The position numbers and the translations under genes are program-made. DNA of 64,000 nucleotides from Nitrospirota bacterium (GTDB lineage: Bacteria > Nitrospirota > UBA9217), in contig DASPQB010000213.1 of NCBI GenBank assembly GCA_035625205.1, positions 10-64,009 of the forward strand, given 5' to 3'. Below, in pieces: positions 1 through 10,231 of this stretch. The notes beneath the pieces were generated by a model. That model was not told the DNA's origin. It saw nothing but the letters and a program-made list of their open reading frames with translations, and did no database searches. Position 1 is the first letter of the stretch. Each line of letters begins with the position of its first letter.

Positions 1-90
1 GACAACGTCTTTGCTGTCCAATTCCACCCTGAGAAGAGCCAGGCCCTGGGTCTTTCGATTTTGAAACGGTTCGGAGAACAGAAAGGATAA
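1..90 (+). CDS. hisH: Imidazole glycerol phosphate synthase glutamine amidotransferase subunit HisH, C-terminal fragment; the gene starts upstream of the window
   Basis: Translation of 1-90 is DNVFAVQFHPEKSQALGLSILKRFGEQKG*, the conserved HisH C-terminus (FHPEKS motif), and it lies directly upstream of hisA. Confidence 0.6.
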   Translation, partial: DNVFAVQFHPEKSQALGLSILKRFGEQKG

Positions 91-195
91 AACAAGACGA
101 ACGTGAGAGCCGGGAGTGAAGAATCGAAGGGTTCGTTCTCACTTACATCGCCCCCTTTCCCGTTTCGCCGCTAATCCGATTCCTAGTGTAGAGCC

Positions 196-942
196 ATGCT
201 TATCATTCCTGCTATTGATCTTAAAGAAGGCAAATGTGTCCGCCTCGAACAGGGGCTCATGGCGACGGCCACGGTTTACTCCGATGATCCCGCAACCACG
301 GCAAAACATTGGGAGTCCCAGGGGGCCGAGCTCCTCCACGTCGTTGATCTGAACGGCGCTTTTGCAGGCGTCCCTAGGAACCTCGATGCAATCAAAGCCA
401 TTCGTGCTGCTATTAAAATCCCGATCGAGGTCGGCGGCGGAATTCGCGACATGGACACAATCGCGAACCTGGTTTCCATCGGCATCGACCGCATCATTCT
501 CGGCACCGCTGCCATAGAGAGTCCGGCTTTTGTACAAAAAGCCTGTGCGACCTTTCCGGGAAAGATTATCGTGGGTATCGACGCCAAGGACGGCATGGTC
601 GCGATCAAAGGTTGGGCCGAGGTGACCTCGATGAAGGCAATCGATCTGGCTATTCAGATGCAGGACTACGGAGTTATCTCCATCATCTACACTGACATCA
701 GGCGCGATGGCATGCTCTCCGGCCCGAACATCGAAGCTACTAAGGCGCTTGCCGATGCACTCCACATACCCGTCATCGCCTCTGGAGGTGTCCACACGAT
801 GAAAGATATCGAGAACCTTCTTACGGTGCGCTACTCCGGCGTGATCGGCGTGATTACGGGAAAGGCGATCTACAGCGGATCCCTTAACTTGAAAGAAGCG
901 ATCACGTTTATTAAAATGAACGACAACCGGTGCGTGAGATAG
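196..942 (+). CDS. hisA: ProFAR isomerase (1-(5-phosphoribosyl)-5-[(5-phosphoribosylamino)methylideneamino]imidazole-4-carboxamide isomerase)
   Basis: The 248 aa ORF starts [17 protein letters not shown] and carries the GGGIR and ASGGV motifs typical of HisA; it sits between hisH and hisF. Confidence 0.9.
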   Translation: MLIIPAIDLKEGKCVRLEQGLMATATVYSDDPATTAKHWESQGAELLHVVDLNGAFAGVPRNLDAIKAIRAAIKIPIEVGGGIRDMDTIANLVSIGIDRIILGTAAIESPAFVQKACATFPGKIIVGIDAKDGMVAIKGWAEVTSMKAIDLAIQMQDYGVISIIYTDIRRDGMLSGPNIEATKALADALHIPVIASGGVHTMKDIENLLTVRYSGVIGVITGKAIYSGSLNLKEAITFIKMNDNRCVR

Positions 943-1038
943 CGGTGATGGCTCTCGAAAGTTTTTCGAGTATCCCCTATGTACACCTGCAGCCCTGTCA
1001 GTCCGTCAGTTTGCAGGCTCGAGGAGAAATACCAGAAC

Positions 1039-1878
1039 ATGTTAACCAAACGCATAATCCCTTGCCTCGATGTTAAAGGCGGCCGCGTTGTGAAGGGTGT
1101 GAGCTTCGTGAACCTGCGTGACGCAGGAGACCCTGTGGAAATCGCGAAAGCATATGACGAGCAGGGCGCGGATGAGCTAACGTTTCTTGACATCACCGCT
1201 TCGCACGAAGAACGCGGCATCATATTAGACGTCGTTCGACGGACGGCCGAACAGGTCTTCATGCCTCTCACCGTGGGCGGCGGCATAAAAATACTCGACG
1301 ACATTCGGAATCTTCTACTCGCGGGCGCAGACAAGGTTTCAATCAACACGACCGCGGTTCACGATCCTGAGTTCATTAAATCTGCATCCCTGCGTTTCGG
1401 AAGCCAATGCATCGTCGTGGCCATTGACGCAAAACGGGTCGTGGCACATGGCGAAGACTTCAAGCCTCCGCTTACGTGGTCAGACGATCTAAAGTACGCA
1501 CCGCTCTTCCTTAAGCCGGGCCAAACAACCGGTTGGGAAGTGTACACTCACGGCGGCAGAAATCCCATGGGCATTGATGCTGTTGCTTGGGCAAAAAAAA
1601 TGGAGGAGTACGGCGCAGGCGAGATCCTGCTCACCAGCATGAACCAGGACGGCCAGAAGACCGGCTATGATCTTGAACTGACGCGGGCGGTTGCCGAGGC
1701 GGTGACCCTCCCTGTCATTGCCTCGGGCGGCGTGGGGAATCTCGAGCATATCTATGAAGGATTTACCAAGGGCAAGGCCGATGCAGCCCTCGCTGCATCG
1801 ATCTTTCATTTTAAGGAATATACGATCAGGCAGGCAAAGGAATATCTGAAAGAGCGAGGTGTACCAGTAAGGCTGTGA
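1039..1878 (+). CDS. hisF: Imidazole glycerol phosphate synthase cyclase subunit HisF, with an internal insertion of about 20 aa
   Basis: [20 protein letters not shown] and the rest of the protein match the HisF TIM-barrel signature. The start is moved to the ATG at 1039, which has a GAGGAGAAA ribosome-binding site; the ORF-track start at 979 is an upstream extension. Confidence 0.9.
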   Translation: MLTKRIIPCLDVKGGRVVKGVSFVNLRDAGDPVEIAKAYDEQGADELTFLDITASHEERGIILDVVRRTAEQVFMPLTVGGGIKILDDIRNLLLAGADKVSINTTAVHDPEFIKSASLRFGSQCIVVAIDAKRVVAHGEDFKPPLTWSDDLKYAPLFLKPGQTTGWEVYTHGGRNPMGIDAVAWAKKMEEYGAGEILLTSMNQDGQKTGYDLELTRAVAEAVTLPVIASGGVGNLEHIYEGFTKGKADAALAASIFHFKEYTIRQAKEYLKERGVPVRL

Positions 1879-1944
1879 AAAAAACCTTTAGTAGCTTTCA
1901 AACGGTCGGCTTAAAGGGCGGGTAAAACCACCCCACCGTATTCG

Positions 1945-3366
1945 CTATTCCCAGTCCAGCAACCTTTTGTTTCCGGCAAGCTTCTGGATATGAGTGATGT
2001 CCTGGGAAACCTCAAGACAGCCGCGGTAGGTGCCCGACTGGTCGCGTACAGCAAAGTAGCGAATGTGGATCGCCTTACCCTGCATCTGGATCCAGAACTC
2101 GGCAACATCTTTTGTTCCGGCCTTGAATGATGACAATATCTTTTCCACCATCTCTATGCTCTTTGGCGGATGGCAGTTCTGGACCTTTCTACCGATGACG
2201 CCAGGGCTTCGCGGGAAGAGACGATCCGGTGTGGCCGAGTAGTAGACAACCTCATCGTTCTCATTCACATAGGATATATCGATCGGCAGGTGCGTAAGCA
2301 TTAAATTTACCTGGTCGGCAGTGAGCAGGCCGGTGTCGAGATTCAAGCTGCCGATCTTATCAGCAATATACCTCTGCTGGAACGATTCCGCGGACGGCTT
2401 CCATCGGGCTGCCGGGTTGATCCAAGCATAGCCGATTTCCTCCTCTCCTTTACTGACCTTCGCCCACTCGTCCTCGGAGAGTGTTTCAAGAGCCATAGGA
2501 AACAGAATGTGCTCTTCCTTATAGATCATGTCCTTTACCATCTTGGCCAAGGCATCGATGGCCACTTTCTCCATCTTGCCGTCCTTCGCCCGCTTGCGCA
2601 CGTCCTTCAGGAACCCTCGTATATCATCGTGGAGCGCCCACATAATTTTTGATGGCCCGGAAACGCCCTTCGTCTCGAAGATCGGGAAAAGCTGGTTTTC
2701 CTTGCGGAGATAGTGTTTGTCGATCTGTGCAAGGCGTTCGAGGATGCTGAGGAGCTTATCCTTCTCCTTGCTATAGTCCGTGATGGCCTCCGCTTCTCCC
2801 AGGATATCCTCCGCAGCCCGGTTCTCGAGCATCAGCGTATGGAGGGGGTGGCCTGCAGGCAGACCAGGGACAGTCTTCTGCTCCAGCGCTTCCTTGAAGA
2901 CCTGCACATGTACATCACAGAGGCTCTTGATCTCTGTTTCAGGCATTCCTCCGGCAATGAGCTGCTGTTCCATCTGCGCGATTTCCCAGGGCGCCACGTC
3001 CTTGATCAATTCCTCGAACTTCTTCTTCTGGATTTCAACGTCCTTTCCCGCATGCAGCTCTTTAATGATATGCTTAAGCGTATCGATCCGCACATCCTGT
3101 TCATCAGGGCCACCTTCTCCATACGACACCGTGACTGATTCGCCGGTTTTCTTCTTGATTTCGACTGCGATATCGTCGAGCAATTTTTTCACTTCCATCC
3201 CGCCGATCATTGCAACCTTGCCGAGGGACGCCATCCGGCCCACGGTCTTACGCATGAACGGATTGTCGAGCATCTTGAATTCAGCATTCAGGCTAATCAA
3301 AAAATCTTTTAGAAAAGGATAATGTGCTATGATATCGTTCACTTTCGTCTTCGAGCTCAGCTCCAT
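1945..3366 (-). CDS. DUF438/DUF1858-type sensor protein with a hemerythrin-like HHE region and a C-terminal PAS domain
   Basis: 473 aa ORF. The N-terminus MELSSKTKVNDIIAHYPFLKDFL looks like DUF1858, the central part is DUF438/hemerythrin-like, and the C-terminal end looks like a PAS domain. There is a ribosome-binding site GGAGAAAAAC before the ATG. Confidence 0.6.
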   Translation of the reverse strand: MELSSKTKVNDIIAHYPFLKDFLISLNAEFKMLDNPFMRKTVGRMASLGKVAMIGGMEVKKLLDDIAVEIKKKTGESVTVSYGEGGPDEQDVRIDTLKHIIKELHAGKDVEIQKKKFEELIKDVAPWEIAQMEQQLIAGGMPETEIKSLCDVHVQVFKEALEQKTVPGLPAGHPLHTLMLENRAAEDILGEAEAITDYSKEKDKLLSILERLAQIDKHYLRKENQLFPIFETKGVSGPSKIMWALHDDIRGFLKDVRKRAKDGKMEKVAIDALAKMVKDMIYKEEHILFPMALETLSEDEWAKVSKGEEEIGYAWINPAARWKPSAESFQQRYIADKIGSLNLDTGLLTADQVNLMLTHLPIDISYVNENDEVVYYSATPDRLFPRSPGVIGRKVQNCHPPKSIEMVEKILSSFKAGTKDVAEFWIQMQGKAIHIRYFAVRDQSGTYRGCLEVSQDITHIQKLAGNKRLLDWE

Positions 3367-3840
3367 GTTTTTCTCCTCGCCATGTTATGTTATGGAGATT
3401 ATAGCAGGTCGTTGCGCGGACATATATGATGTAGGTCATGAAAACCGGTCGGTACTTGACATCCTCCCGGCCCCTCGGACGGGGTTTTACAGCGCGTGGT
3501 GATAAAAAAAGAGCCGGGAAAATGAATGCTGAAAACATGTCCCTGGCTCTTGATAATGGATTTTGACTCAGGTTGTTTATTTCTTTACCAAATTTCCAGT
3601 CTTGGTCTTATTCACGATCCTGAAGATGCTCGCTTTTTAAAAAACCGTCATGAAAGACTTGATTTAATTTGAGGTTATCGTGAATGTCGACACGTACGGG
3701 GACCTAGCATCACTGTCCCCGTAGAATCGTGATCACCAGAATAAAAAAGTCCCACTACCTTATCGGACATGACTTTTCCCCCTGATATCAACTTGCGCAA
3801 GATCTGACATGCATCCGATGTATGGAACACCACGGTCCGC

Positions 3841-5142
3841 TTATGCTTCCTGCAAATATTCCATGATTTTTTCTCGCAGCGTTTTGTAGACCCACTCGAA
3901 CTTAGCGTCGTCAGCTTCCAACAGCGTGACTCGAAAGCCCTGCAAATCGCAGTTGAATCCCGTGAGTGGAACCACACAGATACCTGTCGCACCCAGGAGA
4001 TAATAAACGAACCGTTTGTCGAGCGGAACGTCATCCACGAGCTTCTCAACCATCTCTTTCGCCTTGGCGTTTCCGATGGCAAGTTTCTGGTTCGGCGACA
4101 GGGCATTCGCGCGGAACATGACCGTCAGGTAAAAGGCACCGTTCGTCCTGTTTACGATAATGCCCTTGATGTCCTTCAAGAGGTCGTAAGCGATGCGTGA
4201 TCTCCTCTCGAACACCGCATTGCGGTGGGCAATGTGGCTTGCATATCGCGCATCACTCATGATAAGAGGGATCACCCTCTGGGGAAGGGTCGTTGAGCAG
4301 ACTTCAAGCATTTTGTCGTCCACGATGCTCTTGATGTATTTCGCAAACAGGGTGTCTTTATCAGCGTTGTAGACCTCGATCCAGCCACACCTGGCTCCGG
4401 GCCAAGGAAGTTCTTTCGAAATGCCCTTCATCGATATTCCGCAGACGCCGTTAATCACTTCTGCAAGAGGAACGGCTTTTATCCCATTGTATGTCAAGTT
4501 GATGTAGATCTCGTCGCAGACCATGAAAAGATCGTACTGTTTCGCGATGGCAACAATCTCCATCAACACTTCTCGCGGGTAGACCGCGCCTGTGGGATTG
4601 TCCGGGTTGATGACCAGGATGCCGGAGATGGATGGATTATACTTCACTTTCATCCGGAGGTCGTCCAGGTCAGGGTACCAGCGGTTGTGCGGGTCGAGCT
4701 TGTAGGAAAGGTATTCCGAGCCGGCGTGCGATGCTTCTGAAGACGAATGAGTACTGTAGGCGGGACTTGGACCGATGACGCGATACTCTTTCCGGAGCAG
4801 ACCGTAGACCTTGCTGATGGCGTCTCCAAGCCCGTTAAAGAAGATGATATCCTCTTTCGTGATGTTTACTCCGCCGTTCTTGTTCGCTTTCTCGGCGAGG
4901 AACTCCCTCGTCGCATCGAGACCCTTGGTTGGAGAATACGCATAGGTCAGGTCTTCCTTCATCGTCACAGTGATGATGTCCTTGATCCAGCCGGGGAGCT
5001 TTTCTCCCTTCATTACCGGGTCGCCAATGTTCTCCCAGTTGATCTCAATCCCGAGCTTAGCAAATTCCTTTGCTACGGCGACGATCTCGCGGATCTCATA
5101 CTTAAGCTCATCGGCGCCGAGTGAAACGATGTTATTTCTCAT
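3841..5142 (-). CDS. Pyridoxal phosphate-dependent class I/II aminotransferase, alanine aminotransferase-like
   Basis: 433 aa ORF with the NPDNPTG motif and the KxxxxPG(A)R lysine region (SKELPWPGARCGW); AAAGGAG ribosome-binding site. Confidence 0.8.
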   Translation of the reverse strand: MRNNIVSLGADELKYEIREIVAVAKEFAKLGIEINWENIGDPVMKGEKLPGWIKDIITVTMKEDLTYAYSPTKGLDATREFLAEKANKNGGVNITKEDIIFFNGLGDAISKVYGLLRKEYRVIGPSPAYSTHSSSEASHAGSEYLSYKLDPHNRWYPDLDDLRMKVKYNPSISGILVINPDNPTGAVYPREVLMEIVAIAKQYDLFMVCDEIYINLTYNGIKAVPLAEVINGVCGISMKGISKELPWPGARCGWIEVYNADKDTLFAKYIKSIVDDKMLEVCSTTLPQRVIPLIMSDARYASHIAHRNAVFERRSRIAYDLLKDIKGIIVNRTNGAFYLTVMFRANALSPNQKLAIGNAKAKEMVEKLVDDVPLDKRFVYYLLGATGICVVPLTGFNCDLQGFRVTLLEADDAKFEWVYKTLREKIMEYLQEA

Positions 5143-5321
5143 AAAGCTCCTTTATAAAGATGGGAGATTAATGGTTATATTACCAAATTCGACAGCCGGG
5201 AGTAAAGCCAAATATGGAATTCCCATTAAAATCCTCATTATGCACAGGGGCAGAGAGGTAAACCTAGAAAATTTCCGGATATTCCTCGCCTTGTCCATTT
5301 TGTCCCCCAAGATCTTTCTCC

Positions 5322-6152
5322 TCACGGGGTATTCAGCTTCCCAGCCACATATCTCCGGGCACGTTCGATGGCCTCCCGTATTGCAATGTTCTCCGGCAGG
5401 GCCGCGGCCATCTTATCGACGTATCTCCGCTCCTGGACCATCTGCAGTGAACTGGTGAAATTGAGGTCGTAGAGCCAGGTGAGCTGGAGCAGTTTAAAAT
5501 CGTTCAGGGTCTTAAGCTCTGACTTTAAGGCCATCCGTCCCTGAAGCAGACAGGCAAGGACCGTCGGCGAATAGCCCGGTGTGTCTGGAAGGCCGAGCGC
5601 AACGGCCGTAGCCCTGCACTCCTCCTCCTGATCGTAATACTCAATGAACACACGCAAGATATCAAGCTTGTCAGCGTCACGGACAATGTGAGTAAACAAC
5701 TGCGTCCTATGGTCCAGTGTATCGGGGAGCGTAAAAACATTGTGCAGAGTCACGGCGCGGATAATGAGGTTTTGTTCCCCTTCCGGCAACCCCCCTAACA
5801 CATCCTGTTCCAGCAATACCTTTGCCCCAAGTACCGCATGATTCGCCGAGATATCGTCGTCGAAGGTCTTGTAGTGCAGGTACTGTGGAAACCTTCCCAC
5901 GTCGTGGCATAGGGCGATCGCTTCGGCTATAAGCATGTCCTGCTTGTTCAGCTGCAGGCTGCGACCGATCCGCACGGCATTCAGGCAAACATTGTATGTG
6001 TGGTCCTTCTTAACAGCAAAGTTCCGCTGATCTTCCTCGACGTGTGTGGAAAAGTGGCCGCAATAGTCGGCAAACCAGTTTTTTAATACGGTAAGGTCTT
6101 TTTGATTCATCATTGCCGGTCCTGAAAATTCGTGATTGTACTGCAATGACAT
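5322..6152 (-). CDS. HD-domain phosphohydrolase-like protein
   Basis: 276 aa ORF with the H..HD metal-binding signature (ALCHDVGR ... DADKLD). The true start may instead be the internal MMNQKDL. Confidence 0.7.
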   Translation of the reverse strand: MSLQYNHEFSGPAMMNQKDLTVLKNWFADYCGHFSTHVEEDQRNFAVKKDHTYNVCLNAVRIGRSLQLNKQDMLIAEAIALCHDVGRFPQYLHYKTFDDDISANHAVLGAKVLLEQDVLGGLPEGEQNLIIRAVTLHNVFTLPDTLDHRTQLFTHIVRDADKLDILRVFIEYYDQEEECRATAVALGLPDTPGYSPTVLACLLQGRMALKSELKTLNDFKLLQLTWLYDLNFTSSLQMVQERRYVDKMAAALPENIAIREAIERARRYVAGKLNTP

Positions 6153-6305
6153 GTGCGAGTCAATAACATCTTCTCTTATTTTTTTTGATTTTTTTCCCCC
6201 TGGTATGATAAATTAAGCTGCTTGCCTTTCTAAGTTCTTGTTTCTTGCTTCGGCTCATATCTGGCTTGCGGGCACAGGAAGACTTTTTTGGGGAGGATCT
6301 CGATT

Positions 6306-6668
6306 ATGTTCATCCGCGAATTACCTGACTGTGAAGAATTCATTGCGGGCGATAACTGTTCGCTGCGTGAGATCTTTCATCCGGACAAGGTCGATATTGC
6401 CTTGAGATACAGTCTGGCACATGCAGTCGTGAGGCCGGGAGATACAACCTGGATGCACCGGTTAAAAACCTCGGAAGTCTATTACATATTGGATGGTGAA
6501 GGCATTATGCATATCAATGACGAATCAGCGCCTGTCCGGACCGGTTCGACCGTGTATATTCCACCAATGGCAAAACAGTGCATCACAAATTCGGGGAAAC
6601 GGGACCTTACGTTCATCTGCATCGTTGATCCGGCATGGCGCAAAGAGGATGAAGAGGTGCTCCGATAG
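6306..6668 (+). CDS. Cupin-domain protein
   Basis: Small beta-barrel signature (MHRLKTSEVYYILDGEGIMHIND...GSTVYIPP). The ATG at 6306 is preceded by GGGGAGG; the ORF-track start at 6288 is a TTG. Confidence 0.65.
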   Translation: MFIRELPDCEEFIAGDNCSLREIFHPDKVDIALRYSLAHAVVRPGDTTWMHRLKTSEVYYILDGEGIMHINDESAPVRTGSTVYIPPMAKQCITNSGKRDLTFICIVDPAWRKEDEEVLR

Positions 6669-6957
6669 AAATGAGGCTGGAAGAACGTCCATGAAATAAA
6701 GCGTACGCTGTATAGACAAGATTGAACAGACCTTTTTTGCAGCGTTTTCTTATGATTGCCTCTTTTTGCAAATCATTTCTGGCAATATGTCCTCGCTGAG
6801 CACGTATTCATCAGTGGTCTGCTCGGCATACCCTTATTCTTGTCCTGCATATGTTCCGTTCCCATGCAAGACCTAAGCAAAAAAGCAGACGGTCTGGCAT
6901 CAGGGCGCGTGCAGAGGTCGCGACTGAGCAGAAACAACTTAGATTTTCGAGGGTCCC

Positions 6958-7917
6958 ATGCCTCTCATCGATAAATCCGACTATGAAGCTCCCTTCCTGT
7001 TGCGCAACGGGCACCTTCAAACCATTGTTCCTACCTTGATACGCAAACTCGACAAGAAATTATATCATCGAGAGCGCATTAATACTCCTGACGATGACTT
7101 TCTCGACGTTGACTGGGCAACGGTAGGCAGTGAAAAGATCGCCATTCTTTCCCATGGCCTGGAAGGAAATTCCCATCGCCACTATGTCATCGGGATGGCA
7201 GGGATGCTGAATCGATTCGGCTGGGATGCTCTGGCCTGGAATTACCGCGGATGCTCCGGTGAAACGAATCGCAAGCTGCGCATGTATCATAATGGTTCAA
7301 TTGATGATCTGGATTGTGTTGTCCGGCATGTACTCAAATCCAACGCGTATCGAACAATCGCATTGATCGGGTTCAGTCTTGGTGGAAATTTAACGTTAGT
7401 ATACCTTGGTCGTAATGCAGAGGTAATTGACCCTCGTATTCAGAAAGCCGCTGTTTTTTCCGTTCCATGTGACCTCCGTGCAAGTGCATCGGAACTTTCA
7501 AAGCTGAAAAATAAAATTTATATGACTTTTTTTTTACGAACCCTCCATGCGAAGATCAAGGCAAAAATGAAAATTCTCCCGGGCCAGATAAATGATGATG
7601 GTTACCATCGCATCAAGAATTTCCGGGATTTCGACAACCGGTATACCGCGCCGATCCATGGTTTTAACGATGCGGAAGATTACTGGAGCAAATGCAGCAG
7701 CAACCAATTCATACCACGCATCAAGATTCCCACCTTGATCGTCAATGCGCTTGATGACCCTTTCCTCGCTGATGGCTGTTACCCCCTTCAGGAGTCATCA
7801 AACCATAAGAATGTCTACCTGGAAATGCCAAGCTTCGGTGGACACGTCGGCTTTGTGCGATTTAATGAGGACAAGAGTTACTGGTCGGAAAGAAGGGCGA
7901 TTGCATTCCTGCAGTAG
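6958..7917 (+). CDS. Alpha/beta-fold hydrolase of the YheT/ABHD family
   Basis: 319 aa ORF with HGLEG near the N-terminus, a GFSLGG nucleophile elbow, and later Asp and His regions. Confidence 0.75.
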   Translation: MPLIDKSDYEAPFLLRNGHLQTIVPTLIRKLDKKLYHRERINTPDDDFLDVDWATVGSEKIAILSHGLEGNSHRHYVIGMAGMLNRFGWDALAWNYRGCSGETNRKLRMYHNGSIDDLDCVVRHVLKSNAYRTIALIGFSLGGNLTLVYLGRNAEVIDPRIQKAAVFSVPCDLRASASELSKLKNKIYMTFFLRTLHAKIKAKMKILPGQINDDGYHRIKNFRDFDNRYTAPIHGFNDAEDYWSKCSSNQFIPRIKIPTLIVNALDDPFLADGCYPLQESSNHKNVYLEMPSFGGHVGFVRFNEDKSYWSERRAIAFLQ

Positions 7918-8336
7918 AACTGAAGCATCACCGGCCTTTTAACGCGATCTCCGCTGCAGCAGGCGGGGTTATCTTCGCTATGTTCCTCCCCGCATGGTGA
8001 GCACCCCCCGGCGATTGATCTCTGCAGATGTTTTTTCGAATTAACCTTGATATGATAAAAAAGGGGAAAAGCAGGTCACAGCCTTTAACAACGGATTAGC
8101 TCCGCAAAAAATCGTGTTCCTGAACAAGACTATCACTGTAACTCGGCGTACAAGAAGCAACTTTTTTCTGTCCATCGCATATAGTATGTCCGGGCAGTGT
8201 TCCGACGTTCGACAAATTCAGCCGGCCACTCCAAGCTTCACACAGCCTCCCCTCAAAAACCATTTGCCATAAATCCCTTCATGCGTTATTATGTAAAATT
8301 GTTTTTTACATCCTAACTCTCCATAAAGGTTAACGA

Positions 8337-10202
8337 ATGCTCCAGGTCACGAACATAGAAAAATCCTATGGAAAACAGGTGCTCTTCGACGGCGTCAGCT
8401 TTACCGTCAACCCGCGCGAGCGCGTGGGTCTTGTAGGCAGGAACGGCCACGGCAAGTCCACGCTCTTCCGCATCATCTTGGGCGAAGAGCACCAGGACTC
8501 TGGCACGATCACCGTGCCTTCAGGGTATACCATCGGCCACTTGTCCCAGCACATCCAATTTGCCGAGGACTCGGTGATCAAAGAGGCGTGCCTCGCCCTT
8601 CCCACAAACGAAGACCATATCGACGAGACGTATAAAGCCGAGGCGATCCTGCACGGCCTCGGGTTCACCAATGCGGACTTCGATCGCCATCCTTCGTCGC
8701 TTTCTGGCGGATACCAGGTCCGCCTGAACCTGGCAAAAGTACTCGTGTCCGAACCGAACCTCCTGCTGCTTGACGAACCCACGAACTACCTTGACATCGT
8801 TTCGGTCCGCTGGATCACGCAGTTCCTGCGCGCCTGGCGGAACGAACTCATTATCATCACCCACGACCGGGACTTTATGGACAGCATCACCACCCACACC
8901 ATGATCATCCACCGCTGCAAAATGCGGAAGATCTCGGGAGGAACGCAGAAACTCTATGACCAGATCCTGATGGAAGAAGAAATCTACGAAAAGACGCGCC
9001 AGAACGATGAAAAGAAGCGCAAAGAGATTGAACAGTTCATCAATCGATTTCGCGCCCAGGCAACCAAGGCCAGCGCAGTCCAGTCCCGCATTAAGGCGCT
9101 TGCGAAGCACGAGAAGCTCGACAAGCTTGAAGAAATTAAATCGCTCGACTTCAAGTTCCGCTCGGCCCCCTTCGAGGCCAAATGGCTCATGACCGTGGAA
9201 GACCTGTCCTTTGGCTTCGCCCAGGACGGTCCCCCATTGATCGACGGGCTTTCCTTTGCTGTCGGCAAGAGAGACCGCATTGCCGTGATAGGTAAGAACG
9301 GCAAAGGCAAGACCACGCTGCTCAACCTGCTGGCAAAAGAGCTGTCTCCGACCTCGGGCGAGGTGAAGACCCACCCGAACACGAAAATCGCTTATTTCGG
9401 CCAGACCAACATCAACCGCCTTCGTCCGGCAAAGACTGCGCTCCAGGAGGTCATGGAGTCGCATCCTGATTGCGGTCAGGGCGAAGCCCGCGCGATCTGC
9501 GGCCTCATGATGTTCGAGGGAGACAACGCGCTCAAAAAGGTGAGCGTGCTCTCGGGCGGCGAGAAAAGCCGCGTGCTTTTGGGCAAGCTCCTGGTCTCAC
9601 CGGCCAACCTGCTGATGCTCGATGAGCCTACGAACCACCTGGATATGGAGTCCATTGATACGCTGATCGAGGCCATCGAGGCCTTTGATGGAGCGGTCAT
9701 CATCGTGACCCACAGCGAGCTGATCCTTGAAGCTGTGGCAACCAAACTGATCGTTTACGATAACGGCAATGTTTCGCTCTTTGAAGGAACGTACCTTGAC
9801 TTCCTCGAACGTGTAGGATGGAGCGATGAAGGCGGAGTGCGCGTAAAGAAGGGGAAAAAGCAGGAAGCTCACAGAAACATCAACCGGAAAGATTCGAAGA
9901 AGCTGCGCGCCGCCATCGTAGCAGATAGATCGAATATCCTGAATACGCTCAAATCGAGGATCACGGCCATCGAAGGGGAGATCACGAAGCTCGAGCATGG
10001 TTTGGAACTCGCGACTCAGGATCTGCTCGAAGCTTCGGTCAAAGGCAAGGCCCTTGAGATCAAGAAGCTTTCTCAATCCATCGACGACGCGAGGACGAGG
10101 ATTGAGAAGCTTTTTGCGGAGCTTGAGACGGTAACAGCGGAGCATGACGCGAAAGCTTTGGAATATGATCAGCAGTTGAACGAGCTGGCGCACATATCGT
10201 AA
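8337..10202 (+). CDS. ABC-F family ATPase with two ABC domains and a C-terminal coiled-coil extension
   Basis: 621 aa ORF with two Walker A motifs (GRNGHGKST, GKNGKGKTT), two LSGG signature motifs, and a charged C-terminal coiled coil. Confidence 0.85.
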   Translation: MLQVTNIEKSYGKQVLFDGVSFTVNPRERVGLVGRNGHGKSTLFRIILGEEHQDSGTITVPSGYTIGHLSQHIQFAEDSVIKEACLALPTNEDHIDETYKAEAILHGLGFTNADFDRHPSSLSGGYQVRLNLAKVLVSEPNLLLLDEPTNYLDIVSVRWITQFLRAWRNELIIITHDRDFMDSITTHTMIIHRCKMRKISGGTQKLYDQILMEEEIYEKTRQNDEKKRKEIEQFINRFRAQATKASAVQSRIKALAKHEKLDKLEEIKSLDFKFRSAPFEAKWLMTVEDLSFGFAQDGPPLIDGLSFAVGKRDRIAVIGKNGKGKTTLLNLLAKELSPTSGEVKTHPNTKIAYFGQTNINRLRPAKTALQEVMESHPDCGQGEARAICGLMMFEGDNALKKVSVLSGGEKSRVLLGKLLVSPANLLMLDEPTNHLDMESIDTLIEAIEAFDGAVIIVTHSELILEAVATKLIVYDNGNVSLFEGTYLDFLERVGWSDEGGVRVKKGKKQEAHRNINRKDSKKLRAAIVADRSNILNTLKSRITAIEGEITKLEHGLELATQDLLEASVKGKALEIKKLSQSIDDARTRIEKLFAELETVTAEHDAKALEYDQQLNELAHIS

Positions 10203-10231
10203 CCAAATTATGAGGAGCAGCAAGAAAGAGC

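Noticed and set aside
8520-9464. 314 aa ORF antisense to the ABC-F gene
   Set aside because: It has no recognisable motifs, while the sense strand carries canonical Walker and ABC signature motifs.
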